Position numbers and translations under genes: made by a program. From Camelus dromedarius (taxonomy: Eukaryota), in NCBI RefSeq assembly GCF_036321535.1, contig NC_087436.1, positions 69,814,001 to 69,878,000 on the forward strand: 64,000 bases of DNA, given 5' to 3'. The notes below the pieces were generated by a model that worked only from the letters and a program-made list of their open reading frames with translations, did no database searches and was not told where the DNA came from. This document shows, one piece after another, positions 12,994-27,100 of this stretch. Position 1 is the stretch's first letter. Every line of letters starts with the position of its first letter.

Positions 12994-14712
12994 GGTAACT
13001 GGCAAGTGAAGAATTAATAGGGAACTCCATTCTTTTCATTGAAATTTGAGTTTGCTTGTAGATCTCACATGAGTTCTTTTCCAACCAATGATATCCTATC
13101 AGAGGTTCTGAAATCAGTTTAGTAGACAGTCTTTCTAATCATTATTATCTGTGAATCAAAAGCAAATGGAGTCTAGTGTGTTCCCTTTACCAAGCCTGGA
13201 CTTTAACTCTGTGACCCTCTCTTGTAAAACTCAGTTTGCAAGTCTCAAATCTATACAAGTAGGTCAATAACAGTAGTTGCAACAAGATGTGGTTAGCATT
13301 TATTTCACAAATACCACATATACTGAAATATTAAAAGCTTAAACTGTTATATGTATCTTTCTAAAAAGACTATTTTTAAAAAATCAAATAAGCAGGTGTG
13401 ACTCCTATACTCCTTTAGAAAGATAAGGCTAGTTTATTTCTTTAAATATTTCAGTCAAAGCCCTGTCATTGTCATACCTATGTTTTTATTAAAACAATCA
13501 AGTTAATCTCATCATTCATGATGACTGGAGAAGTAATTGTGAAGAATGCAGTTTCAGTATACCCTCCATCTCCTCCATCTTACATGTTCCTGTTAGACCA
13601 ATCATGGAATTACAGAATTTCAGAAATTTTAGTTCAAACTTTCATTTATAGGTAAGAATAGTAAGGCCCAGATAAAGGAAATTACTTGGACAAAATTGCA
13701 CAAGTAGAGATAGAGCCTGAGATGGAACTCAGTTCTCCAAAGGAATGTGTAGTCACACAGTCTCTGGTCCTGAACCACTCAGCTGGTTTCCCTTGTTTAC
13801 AAAGCCTTGCCTACTCTTCAGACTGGCATGGGAAGCCTCTCCTTTTGCTGCCCTAAACCTTCTTTCCAACTTTATCTTTCCCTTTTCTCCATTTAAATGC
13901 CCATGGATATTCAGAAGGCTTTCTCTTCTATTTGAATGTTCTCTATTAATCTCTGCGTGAGTAAGTCCCACCTGTATCTCCCACACAAGTAGTTTGTTGA
14001 TTTCTTAACTGAAAACTTCTATATGTAGAAAGCCACTTTTGTGACATTTTCGACTTTCTTTCCTCTAACAGTGACTTGTTGTTGCAACTCTCTTCCTACA
14101 ATTGATGCTACTGGGTAAGACTAGCAAGACCAATTCACCTTGATAATCTCAACACTTGACAGTGCCTTGTTCTTTATATATATAAGCTAAAATTTTTATT
14201 TATAGGTAAGAATAGTACCTATAAATGTACATATATATTTATAGGCACCATTATGTGCCTATACATTATATATGTGTATGTATATGTGTATACATAGGGA
14301 CACATTTTTTTCCAACAAAGTTTAAAGTTATTCAAACTACCTGTCCTTCTCTACAACAGAATAAAATTCTTATGTAATTTAATTATTTATAGAAAATTGT
14401 GTCTATGACTTTCCTTATTAATGGCCTACTAGTAGGTTCCTGGTACATGTTAAATGAATATATGATTAACCTTGTAATGATACTTTTAATATTATAGCCA
14501 AAAATCAAATTCATACACATTATACTGTTTGGTTTTTCTAAAGTTTTTAATAAAATAAATTTACCACATTGGCTATATCTACCCATAAATCTAGTGGGGT
14601 TTTTCCTTAAAGCAAAGAAAACATTGTTCCAAATCACTCCTAAATTATTAGTAATAGATCCTTTTAATTTAATTTTTTTTTAATTTTTTAATTTTTATTT
14701 TTAGGTGCAATC

Positions 14713-14766
14713 ATGAAGAGCTTCTTCCTAGTTGTGACTATCCTGGCATTAACTCTACCTTTTTTG
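14713..14766 (+). CDS. CSN3: Kappa-casein exon 2 coding part (signal peptide MKSFFLVVTILALTLPFL; exon 14705-14766)
   Basis: Acceptor ttag|GTGCAATCATG, 18 codons, donor TTG|gtgagt. Confidence 0.97.
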
Positions 14767-16041
14767 GTGAGTTAACTGCATCTAATGAATTTGTATTAAA
14801 ACTTTAAGAAAATTTTATTTAAAGGCTCTAATTATGTAAATTTCTAAATAGTTATATTTATAGAGCAAAATAGCTGCATACTAACTATATTTTCATAAAA
14901 GTAACTCATTTTTACATTTATTTCTATTACAAAATTTAAAAGATGTTCTGGACATCAGTTTTCAAGAATTAAGAAATCACACTTTATCATGTATAAGAAA
15001 ATCTTTAAAATTCTCATGTGATAGAGAAAATATATTTTTGGGGAAAAACAATACTGAAGATATTTTTTAATTATAATATGCTCTAAAAAATAATTCACAA
15101 AAAATAAATGCAAAAATCATAGTTCAGGATCAGAAATGTTTTAAATTAAATTCCTATCTCACACAGACCCCAATCACTTTAGAGACTAAATTCTTAAAAG
15201 ATTGGGAACTTGTTTAAGCTTTTTTACCAGTTTCAAAGACCTTGGCACATCTACCTTTACCGTCAAACATAACTGTACATTTTATTGTACTCTTCCCAAC
15301 ACGTCAGCTGACTGACTCCTCCCCAGGGATACTGTCCATAATCAAATCTAATTTTCAGGCATTTTTTTAAAAGTTACATTCTGTGTATTAAAGCTATCTG
15401 AAAAAGAAGAGGGTTTTGGGGGATTTTTTTTCTTTTAATTTTTAGACTTGTTTTCATTGTCATTTTGGCTATCACCCTGCTTTACTTTCACGTTCAATCG
15501 GCGATCCCAGGCACTTATTTGCAAACAGCAAGAACAGGAAGGCAAACATACGATGTTTTGCGTCCTCCTCTTAGACTGTAAAATTTGGAAGGCCCTTAGT
15601 CCTTGTTTCATAATTCATTTATTATTAAATTTAGACTTGCTTTTAAGTTAATATCTCCTAAATAATTCTATGAGGTAAATTCGTGGAGTCAAACTTTTAA
15701 AAAATTTTGAACGACTATGACATTCACATTTATTTTCTTTCATTTATTCTTTGAAATTTGATTTTATTGTGGCACCTGCACATTTTGAAAGTGGGCTTTC
15801 TCTTTGAGTGACAGGGATTGAACTTTGTATCAGAAATGATCCATGACTGCCTGACCTGCAGCAACCACTTACTGAGTTACTGGAGCCTGGTGGAGCCCAC
15901 AGACACTGCTTCCTGCTTTCACAAAGCTGCAGGCCCCACAGACATGAACAAATAAATCAAAGGAAGAATCAAAGTTTATAGATTTTTTACCATTCAATCT
16001 TATGAATGATCAAAATGATACAAATTAAAAAAGTAATGTGA

Positions 16042-16250
16042 AACAACAAGTTTCTTCTGTGTAGCACAAGGAACTATATTCAATATCTTGTAGTAACCTA
16101 TTATGAAAACGAATACATGTATATATATGCATGACTGAAACATTATGCTGTACACCAGAAACTGACACAATATTGTAAACTGACTGTATTTCAATTTAAA
16201 AAAAGAAAAAAAGAAATAAATTATTAAATTCTTCAAAAAAAAAAAAAAAG
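16042..16250 (+). mobile_element. Short LINE-1 3' end with poly(A) in CSN3 intron 2
   Basis: L1 3' UTR motif (tgtagcacaaggaactatattcaatatcttg), A-rich tail, TSD aaaaagtaatgtga 16028-16041 / aaaaagcaatgtga 16245-16258. Confidence 0.85.
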
Positions 16251-17687
16251 CAATGTGATAGCATCTTTTATGTGCTAAATGTATTCCTTCTCTCCAAAAT
16301 AAAAATAGTTAAGATAATATTTATTACTAGCAATTATGAGATGAACTGCATAATCCATAGACTTTTGGTGGCTATAAGTTGGCACAACTTTTCATTACAG
16401 CAGTTTAATAATTTCTACAAAGACTTTTTGTCCCCCCAAACCCACACTTTTGAAAAACTATCTTAAGGAATCAATGAAAACTATTTAAAAGGCCACTGAT
16501 ATCCAGATGTTATGCATCCCTCTATATACAATAAAATATTTTTTTGAAAAAAGCTTTATGGTTAGCAATAACGAACAAACATTTCAGGACATAATCATTG
16601 ATCATTTATTTTTAAACTATAAATGTATAAGTATGAAAACTATGAGATAATGAAAAAATAATATGAGAGATCATGTTTCTTGAAAAAAAATAAGATGCAG
16701 GATACGAAAATGAATGTATAGCAGTTGTACGTAATACATATAAGTTAATATTATATTAAGATGTCTAGATTATCAGAATTTTTGAGTGTAGGCAAACTTT
16801 CTACAATATTCATATTACTTTTTAAATTTTAAACAAATGATTTAATAAATTTAGAGAAAAACAAGTCTCTGTCTCAACACACCCTGAATTCTATTATTTT
16901 TTTCAAATTTCTATACCTACAACATTCAAAAGGTTTCTAGAGTCTTTTATATCCAAGGAATATGTGTGCAATGTCCTAAACTCGAACTGCCATTTTAAAA
17001 TATTTAAAATTATGACCTCATCGCAAAAGTTTATAAAACTTTTGGGAGTTTTAAAGTTTTATATATACATGCCTATGGAAATTACTTTCTCATTCCTGAC
17101 TCATAATGTGTGTTGCAATCCAGAATTAAGAAAAATACTATAAAAACAAATGAAAGTTGATTTTTAAAAAGCATAATTATAAAACATTTATATATCGATG
17201 TTATGCTAGGAGCCATTTTTTTAACCTAGAAGACTTCAAAAATCATCTTAATAGGAGGCAGAAATATATTCTCAATGTTCTTCTTATTTTTAACAATATA
17301 GATTCAATACAAACTGAATATAAGTTATTCATATTTTTCATTTAAGCAAATATCACGTGTATTTGTTGGCACAGGAGTCAGATGATCACATTCTCTTCAA
17401 CCTTGAATTTTTCTCCCTAGACAATGATTTTTAAAAGACAAATTAACTGTAGAGTTCATTATTACTATTTAGTTAGTATATCACTGTTGCTTCTTGAGTG
17501 GTTCACAGGCTTTTTAGATTAGTTAACCATGGAAAATGCTTTATAATATTTTACAATACTAAAATAAAAACAAAGAAAACATGTTTTGTCTTTAATATAA
17601 AAGGTATCTTTAAAACCACAAAAAAAATCTAGAATTCTTGCTTTTTTTTAACTTTGTGTTTCTTATTACTTCTCTGAATCTCACCAG

Positions 17688-17720
17688 GGTGCAGAGGTGC
17701 AAAACCAGGAACAACCAACA
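17688..17720 (+). CDS. CSN3: Kappa-casein exon 3 (GAEVQNQEQPT)
   Basis: ccag|GGT...ACA|gtaagt, 33 nt, phase 0. Confidence 0.97.
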
Positions 17721-18910
17721 GTAAGTTTGTCTCTAGTAGAGACATGGACTCCAAAGTAAATTCTACAAAGTTTATTCTGCAAAGTTTAATGATATTAAAA
17801 TGCCTTTTGTCTAAAAACTAAGTATTTAAACCCCATAAAATAATCTAATAATCTGTGTAAAAGTCATCAGTTAGCAATCAATCATGTGAATTAATCTCAA
17901 AGTTCTTCTAAAAATCTTGGTATCATCTTATAGGCCAAGTCACGTCTTTCGGCTTTTGTGTGTATTTAGCAATATGAGAAAACTCTCTCAGAATTTAGTA
18001 CTGGAAAAAAATGAAAACAAAAGTAAAGTTTAATACTTCTTCTGCCTACTTTTTAAGACTTGGGGAAAGATCCATCTTTGAATACTTCTCATACACTTAT
18101 ATTTACTTTCTCCTTTTGTTTCCCCAACATTCTGTTTGAATGAATACATAAATATGTCTTCTTTTATGAGAAATAAAAGTGTAATTTTTATTTGCAGTGT
18201 AATTTTGTTGATTTGTTTCTATTTATATGGAAAGACCTAATGACATATTTTTATAATTGCACATAATCAATAGAATGGAGTCAAATAAAAATAGAAAATT
18301 TCCTTACTGATATTTAACAGATAAAATTAAGCTGAAAAAAATCCAAAATATACATCCAGGAAGTCTCCTACATCACTTTATTTTTCTATTCTGATATAAT
18401 TAGGTTGGTGGGGGGATGTGCCCTCAGCCTTCTCTCTAGGTAAATAAAATTTGTAAACAATTACAAACATGTGGTGAGAATACATATATATATACATATA
18501 AATATGAAAAAATATGTACGTATTTTTCCTGTGTGTGTAGTATGTTTGTGCAGAGTATGCCAAAGCTCTCTATGAGATTTATCTTATTGTTGTACTTCTA
18601 ATATGCAACATTTACTGAGCACTTTTTATATGTGCCAAGCTCTGGGCAACGTGGTTTACATTATGAATTATCTTACCTAATTTTTTGAAACTAATGTTAT
18701 TTTTAATATTTGCTGAAAATCAAGAAGTGAAAGGAAAGTGTAAAAATTCATATCTTGTAAAATATTATGGTTATTGGGTTCACTATTTCCAATGTTGTAC
18801 CTACTTAACATCAAATACTGTAACATATTATTTCAAAAAATTCTGATTTAAAATATCTCTACATTCCAGCTTACAATAATACCATTCTTCATAATTTGTT
18901 CTTTTTGCAG

Positions 18911-19372
18911 TGCTGTGAGAAGGTGGAAAGATTGCTCAATGAAAAAACAGTCAAATATTTCCCAATTCAGTTCGTGCAGAGTAGATATCCTAGTTATGGA
19001 ATCAATTACTACCAACACAGACTAGCTGTACCAATTAATAACCAATTTATTCCTTACCCAAATTATGCAAAGCCAGTTGCAATTAGACTACATGCTCAAA
19101 TTCCTCAGTGCCAAGCCCTGCCAAATATCGACCCACCTACTGTGGAACGTCGGCCACGCCCACGTCCATCATTTATTGCCATTCCCCCAAAGAAAACCCA
19201 GGATAAAACAGTCAACCCTGCCATCAATACTGTTGCTACTGTTGAGCCTCCAGTTATACCTACCGCCGAACCAGCAGTGAACACTGTAGTTATTGCAGAA
19301 GCTTCCTCAGAATTCATCACCACAAGCACACCCGAGACCACCACAGTCCAAATTACTTCGACTGAGATCTAA
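18911..19372 (+). CDS. CSN3: Kappa-casein exon 4 coding part (exon 18911-19404)
   Basis: gcag|[23 protein letters not shown]...[13 protein letters not shown]...QITSTEI*; the spliced protein is 182 aa; donor ACAG|gtaaat at 19404/19405. Confidence 0.98.
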   Translation, partial: CCEKVERLLNEKTVKYFPIQFVQSRYPSYGINYYQHRLAVPINNQFIPYPNYAKPVAIRLHAQIPQCQALPNIDPPTVERRPRPRPSFIAIPPKKTQDKTVNPAINTVATVEPPVIPTAEPAVNTVVIAEASSEFITTSTPETTTVQITSTEI

Positions 19373-21296
19373 AAACTAAGGAAACAGCAAAGAAGACAAC
19401 ACAGGTAAATGAGCAAAACACAAAAATAAACACTAGACAAGATTCATGGATTTATCAACACAATCATAAAATCTAAAATAGTGTCGATGGATAAATTAAG
19501 TCTGTTACGGGAACAGGCAAAAATGGGCTAATTTTAATTTTAATTTGGTGGGGCCATAGCATTGATACACTAAATTATTTTCCAACAGGAAATGAAAAAT
19601 AACATTATTTTACGAAATGAATAAAAATTGGGGATTTTATTATCAAACTTTTTTTTTTTTTTTTTGACAAGTGGAACACTCCTCGAGCTTAATAGTTTTA
19701 TTTCATTCCTGGTCACACACGAAGACAGTAGAGTAAAATACTATGTTAAACTTATGATTTTTCTTATCTCCAAAGTAAACTTTCTTAGAACAATTTATAT
19801 ACGGTATGACTTTAAATGCATTTTAATTGTTTAACAGTGTTCTTGAACTCTAATTTTGATACAAATAGAGTGAAAGGAAATGATACATTTCCCACGTGGA
19901 ACATGGTGGATCCTCTCCCATGTAGCTTCATGGATCCTCTCAGACATCATTTCTGAAAGGATCCATGAAGTTAGGCACCCCAAATTTCCTATTCGAAGAT
20001 AAACCCATGGAAGAATTATAATTCTTAACCTGAAAAACATCTACATACTCAAAGGATACTTTCAGAACTTTAAATGTGATGTAAAATATTTCTGTTTATT
20101 GGGTCAATGGATAATGGCAGAGTCTAAAATAATTTAAAACTTATATGAAGAAGTTAAATAAAGAGAAAGATTAATAAAACAGAAAATAACTAAAGAATGT
20201 GAAATAATTTGGGGAGAAAGTGACAAAATTTTGAGAGTCTCTACAACAAATATTTTCAGTGCATCACACTGTCTACATGTTTTATGATCTAAAATACAAC
20301 TCGTGATCTATGATATAATAATAATAGCATTAGATCAGAGAAGGCTGCTTCTTCCCTTGTGTGACCTTATATAAGTCATTACTGTCTTTGAACTTTCATT
20401 TTCTCATAATTTTGGTTGCTATGAGATTCAAGTGAGAAAGCACATTGTGAATGAGTTGTAAAAATTGATCAATCTGTGAAATGTAATGTTCTAGAAAAGA
20501 TAAAGTAAAATTAATAAATACTAAAATTTACTTTCAACCAATATCTCAAGTCCTTACTAAATAATCAAAACTACATAACTATCTCAGTTTATTCCTATAG
20601 CAGCCATATGGAATAGATTATATTACTATCTTGAATTCACAAATGGAAAAAAATAGGCCAGACCTGTAGATTTTAGATAGTAAGGCTTAATTAGTTTGAC
20701 ATCTATTTCCATATGGCCTAACTTGCAAAAAAAAAAAAAACAAAACAAAACAGAAAACATACTTTAGTTTCCCAAGATCAGCATATGTATAAATTTTATC
20801 ATTGAGTTCATATTTAATAGGACATCTGGTAAGAAAAAAAATGATAGTAAGCTGGATAAATTGTTGACTTACTAAAATTTTGAAAACAAAATGAGAAAAT
20901 TAATGGTGACAACATGAAAACAAGTAATTGAATATACTTTTATCTATTGATCCAAATACATTATTACATGATTATATTTTTAATAGAATAATCATTATCT
21001 TAACAGTTACATTTGTTCAAAACTCATGAACCCAGATTTCTAAGTTCATACCTCTGTATAATATCACTTATAAAAAGACTGTAAAGAATTGTGTCTTTCT
21101 AGAAATATGAGGTGAAGTCAATTATTTTCAGTTCACTATATGTCAAATTTAAATATTTAAATTTAGATATTTAATTTGATAAACTCCTTGGATATGGACA
21201 TGAGACAAATCATGGAAGCTAAATAAAAGTCTACATGTCATGAGAACCACTAACACACAATGAACTAAATTCCTAAACTGTCATCATTTTTTATAG

Positions 21297-21470
21297 GTCT
21301 TGCTGAAACCAAACGACCAGTTCAAACTCTCCTTTGGCCAGCTGTCTGCCTTCAGTCAAGAGAGAATATGATTTTCACAGATTCAGCTCCTTTCTCTTCT
21401 CCCCTTACATTTTACATTCATGCCACATTTAATTTTTTGATCTTGCATAATAAAGCTAATTGAATGCAAC
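21297..21470 (+). other. CSN3: CSN3 exon 5 (3' UTR)
   Basis: Acceptor ttttttatag|GTCTTG; AATAAA at 21449-21454. The 3' end is approximate. Confidence 0.85.
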
Positions 21471-21965
21471 TGGATCTCTTGAAAACAGTCTGTGAATACA
21501 CCTTAGGGATCTTTGAAACTTTGAAATTCCAAGATAAATTTAGTGTGAGTTTGAGTATATACATTTAATTGGAGGCAAAGTTCATAATTTCCTCTGATTC
21601 TCAAAGTGGGTCCATTGTTTAACACTGGTTAAGAGTACCTTCTGCAGTATGACACTGGAATATCTAAATTCATGGCTAAGTCACTGGGACCCAAGAAGAA
21701 CTAAGCCATAGTGTTAGAATCCAGAGGACCACACAGTGACTCTTGGGAGCCATGAGAACTCTAGAGTTAGCATTAAAGTATCCAAATGTAATGCTAATTT
21801 TAGTCTAGATCATTCCCGAGAGCAATTTCTGGACACAGACAGGCTACAGATAACTACAACTACAAACACAGACATACGGCAAAATTAATGGGAGTTGATG
21901 GAGACTCTTGACCTGCATGTTCAGTTTCCTCCAGACTTGAAGCTACAGACTCACACCTGTACACA

Positions 21966-21989
21966 GAAACACACACACACACACACACA
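21966..21989. repeat. (CA)n microsatellite
   Basis: Direct reading. Confidence 0.9.
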
Positions 21990-22849
21990 TCAGGAAGCTT
22001 CTAGAACTGAGGTCTTTTAGTCTACAAAATTTAGTGAATACTCAAAATCCAAAAATATGCCAGTTTTTCCTTTAAAGAAACAGTGCAAAGAAAATGTGCT
22101 TGCCCCATATTTAGCACATTGTGCCAGGAAAAATACAAATCACTCAACATTTACAAAAAGCTTACTGTCACCCATCTAGTCTCTTGCTGAAACCCTCAAT
22201 AGATGTTCTATTGCTAAGAGTATTGTACAAGCCTTTACCTTCTCTCTCTCAAATGCTAGGGTCTGGAAGTGAGGCCTGGTCAGAAACATGGCATGGTTGG
22301 GCTTCAATTATAATGACCATTAATAATATTACTAATTCCAAGTAAAATAAAGTAAAATTGTGGAAGAAATAGAATTTATTTCATTAATTTAAAAAATTTA
22401 TCACAAAGTACTATAAGAATTCTTGTGGAATATAAGACAATAATAATATTAAATAATAATAAGCAATCAACAGTTATATATTACAAACCGAAGGTCTTTG
22501 TTCACATGTATTTAATTATTTAATATGTACTCATGGACTACATATTATTGTAGTTGTTATCATTATTACTGCAAAAGAGAAATGAAGTAATTTTCCCCAA
22601 GTAGGCTTCAATGAATGTTTATTTTCTCATCCGTAAAGGACATTTACCATCCACAAGATAAAGTCAACTTTCATGATCTTGCTGTTACTACCTTCCTACG
22701 TCATCTCTTACATCCTCATGCCATTCACCCCAGTGACTCAAAAACTCTCATGACAGCTTTAGCTGTGCTACCATCACCACCAGCACTTTTTTGAAGCTAC
22801 TAAAATCCTTTTGATAATTTATATCACATAATCAAAATCTGACTCCTTG

Positions 22850-23110
22850 GCTTAGATACCAAATCTTTAAGAAAAACTTTCCTAAACTTTCAAGATGAAG
22901 TGCTCCACTAATGTGCTACCACAGCATCCTGCCCCTACCAGTCGCTTTCCCCTTAGTACCCATAAACCTCTGTTACACCTGCCTGTCAACCTCTCCTGCT
23001 GGGATATTAGCCCTATGAACATAGGAACTATGTTCTCTCACTACTGTCCCTCCAAGGTAAGGCCCAATACAGTGCAGGAACTAAATAAATGTTTGCTAAA
23101 CAAATGAGTA
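22850..23110 (+). mobile_element. LINE-2 3' end fragment
   Basis: Ends in aggaactaaataaatgtttgctaaacaaatgagt, an L2/MIR-type tail. Confidence 0.55.
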
Positions 23111-23223
23111 AGTAAAGGGATAAACAGATTGCTAATGGCTGAAACTGAAATATCCATTTAATAGGATTAAATAATCTAGGCTTTTCTTATCAAAGTCCAG
23201 AAAAGAAAAATGATGACCTTAGC

Positions 23224-23263
23224 AGTTTATTACTGATCATAAAAGTTTATTACTGATCATAAA
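23224..23263. repeat. Perfect 20-bp tandem duplication
   Basis: agtttattactgatcataaa twice. Confidence 0.95.
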
Positions 23264-24124
23264 CTACCAAAGGCAGTGATAAATTATTAGGTTAATTTTA
23301 AACTCAAAAGAAAATTGCTGCAAGTCATAATACTAATCACAGCAATATAAAAGTGTAAACAGAAAATGTTTTTACAATTTAATCTGTTTTCAAGGAAAGA
23401 AAGTTGAATGTCAACAGAATGATAACCAAATTGCTATATCAATATTATGTATTATCGTAACTCTAGCATACTATTTAGAAGGAGGTGATGGTGTATCCTC
23501 TTCCTAATCTTCCTAATGTGATAAACTGTAGTAGTGGCCGAATGCCTGGATTATTGGGATAAAGGCTATAAACCTAACAGTCAAGACTAAAGAAAAAAAA
23601 TGGGCTTGAAAGATCAATTTTCTTCTTTTTATGTGTATATTTTATTAGAATATATGGATAAATCCAGAAACTCTTGAAGGCAAGATTAAAGTCCTAAATA
23701 TCCCTATAAAATTAACATTTGGCATTAACATAGTTACTTTCCACATTTAAAAATCATTCTTTTGAATTAGTCACCATAAAATACCTATAATCATTGTTGG
23801 GATGGTCAAGACAAGAACCTTAAAGAGTAAAACTTTGACATACCTCATGACACAGAAATAATAAACTTTAAACTGATGATTTCAAGTAATAGTACAAATG
23901 ACAAAAATTTTATAAGGAATAAAATTATTCTTTCTTTTTCCTAAGTAAAGGTGTAACAGTGAAACATAATATTTCCACAAGAAGAATCTACACAAGAAAC
24001 TGATTTTGTCAACAGGCTTGACTTTCTTTTAATCGGTATTAACCCTTGCCAACAGCAATCATATTAAAGTCTTCTCAGTCTATCCCCAAAAGGAAATAAG
24101 TAGGAGGGACATTCAGGGATGAAA

Positions 24125-27100
24125 GCTTTATTTATTCAAAAGGGACTCGCTAGTTTTCATTTGGAGACAACAACCACCAGAGAAGTCAGAGCGATTAAGA
24201 GAAGATGAAATCTTATCAGAACAGAGGAGAAACCCCTTCTAAGGTATCTATGCAGATAAGATATTGGGACACGGATTTTTCTTTCAGGCCCCAAGCTTGC
24301 CACAGTTTGGACTATGGAAAAGTAAATTTAATAACTGAGATTATCTTCTGACCATTAGACAAATTAAACTTGTTTCTAACACTATTAAACTGCTGATGGG
24401 AACCGATCATACCCACTCAAAGGCTAGATTCCCACCCACTTACACTATCTACAATTTAATCAATGTTTATTCCTATGAATTACTCAAGTTCTATGGCTTG
24501 ATAGCAGCCTGTGATAAAATGCAATTTAAGTGAAAAATCACAAGGTAAACATTTTTTTGTTGAGTAAAAATAGTTATAACAAGAATGCCTCATTCTGCCT
24601 AAGGCATTTCTTGTTGATAAATTAAGTGCAGACTTCAGCACTTGCCTTAACCCTTCCAGGTCGATATGGAAGCACTGGCTTTGACATCTTAAAAGTGTGA
24701 AATACAATTTTTTAAGCTAAAAGCTTTTTTAAAAATAATGTTTACTTAAATAATTAATTTATTCTTATATTTAGAGAAGCATTAAGTTGTTAACCCTAAT
24801 GACTCTAAATTATGCTCATATCCTTAAAAATTTATAAATGGTGCAAAAAGCTCTTGAATAACCAGCAAATTACTTACTGACAGTATTGCTTTCTGAGAAG
24901 TCTTAATATCATCATTTTCCAAAATAAATATGAATTTGAAAATCTATTTGTCACTACACAATTAAATATGGACTATCTGTATCACTTTTTCTTGCTAGTG
25001 TCCATGAAGAAAATATGAAAGCCCTCAGCTTATCTACGATCATCTGGAACCTTACTACATTCTTCTTGGTAAGGTTTCAATGCTTTTCAACAGGTAATTT
25101 TCTTCTCATTTAGAAAAAGATAAAGATGTTCTTATCAATCATATGCCACAAAAACATCTCAGACTGAAACATCATTGTGTTTGGAACCAGGATAATTCAT
25201 GCTATGTTGCTTTAAAAAAAAAGTACCATGAACTTTACTATCTTAATTTCTGAATATTCATACATGGGCATATCTATACATGTAATATAAATATAAATCA
25301 GAAACTTACATCCACACGAAAACATGCACACGGATATTTATAGAAGTTCTATTTATAAAGGCCAAAATTTGCAAGCAACCAAGATGTCCTTCAGTGATGA
25401 GTGAATAAACTGTGGTGTATATATATAATGAAATATTTTTCAGCATTAAAAACAGAGCTCTCAAACCATGAAAAGATATGGAGGAAACTTAAATACATAT
25501 TACAAACTGAAAGGAGCCAATCTGAAAAGGCTATATATTGTATGATTCTAATTATATCACATTCTCAAAAAAGTACAACTATAAAGACAGTAAAAATATC
25601 AATGCTTGCCAGGAGTTAGGAAGGATGAACAGGGAAAGCACAGTGGATTTTAGGTAGTGAAATATTCTATAAGATGCTATAGTGGTGGACACTTGTCATT
25701 ATATGTTTGTCAAAACCCACAGAATGTACAATACCAATAGTGAACTCTAATGTAAACTATGGACTTGGGTAATATCATGTCAATGTAGCTTCATTGATTG
25801 CAACAAATTACCTCTCCCGTGGGGTGTTGACAGTAGGGGAGATTGTGCATATGCTGTGGCAGGGAGTATATGGGAGCTCTCTGTAGCTTCCATTCAATTT
25901 TGCTGAGAACCTAAAATTACTCCCAAAAGTAATGTTTTAAAAAAATATAAATCAAATCTGAAAAAAAATTTAAATGGCTATTTTTAGATACTTACTAATG
26001 AATATTTTTAAGTACACTCAATGTGACTTGATGCCACACATATTTAATTCTTTACTTGTATTTTTTTTACTTGCAGTCAGATGAGAGTCTTAAAACTTAT
26101 GACCAGTCAAGACAAATGCTATCGAGGTTGAATTCACCTTCTAAAATTAGAGAAACAAAGTCATCTTAAGCACAAGCTGCACTAAGATGAGCCCAGGCCC
26201 AGACTATTAAGTCACCAAACCAGTTTTCACTTCCTGGAACTCAACCAAAATTGTCTCTATCTGTTTTACCAAACCCATCTGTGGCATCTGAATTTAAAAA
26301 ATCTTCAACTTCCAAGTCTACATCCAAGCTCTCATTACCTTCCCAAGATGCAGCAAAGAGGTCTGCCTCTATCAAAAAGCAATGTTTAGCTAACAACATT
26401 GCACAAAAACAGCCTCAGTCAAAATCAACCTCAGAAAAACAGAACTTAATCCACAAGTCTGCATGCAAACTGACCTTAGATGACAAGTCTACGTCCAGTT
26501 ATCTCCCTCCAAGACTGGTATAAAAAGAAAGAAAATTACTAAGCCTAAACAGAAACAGTCAAAAGTTACCAAGTCTGCACCCAAGAAGACATCATCTTCA
26601 CACAATACAGGAAAAATTTCTTCAGTTGCCAACACTACACAGAAATCAACTGTAAAGACAATAAAACCAAAGAGTCCAGCTGCCAAACCTGTTCTTAGAC
26701 AGACATCATCTTCCCTAGGTACAGTGAGGAGTCATTTGGTTCCTAAGTCTAAAAGGCCAGAGTCTAAAGTTTCTGGGACTAAAACAAGGAGAGTTGTTTC
26801 TAAGTGGTCTCCACCAAACAATTTAACAGGCTCCAAACATACTTCAGAAAGAACTGCTAAGTATCAAGGATGCAATTCTGCCAAAAGCCAGCATCTAGCT
26901 TCCCAAAACAAACAAAGGAAGATGAAACCTTTGCATTCTGTTAACCAGTTTTCAAATTTTCCAACATCACGCAAGCACCATGGACACAAACATCATCCAC
27001 CACCATCCTGTCTGATAAAATCTCATTCCTCTCAACTTCAAACTCAGACATCTAAACCTCATAAGTCTACACCTTGTCCACATCAACCCAAAAAGCAGCC

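Noticed and set aside
24891..24899. Isolated GAS motifs (also 5001, 12469 and 46530)
   Set aside because: Single TTCnnnGAA sites are expected by chance in 64 kb of AT-rich DNA.
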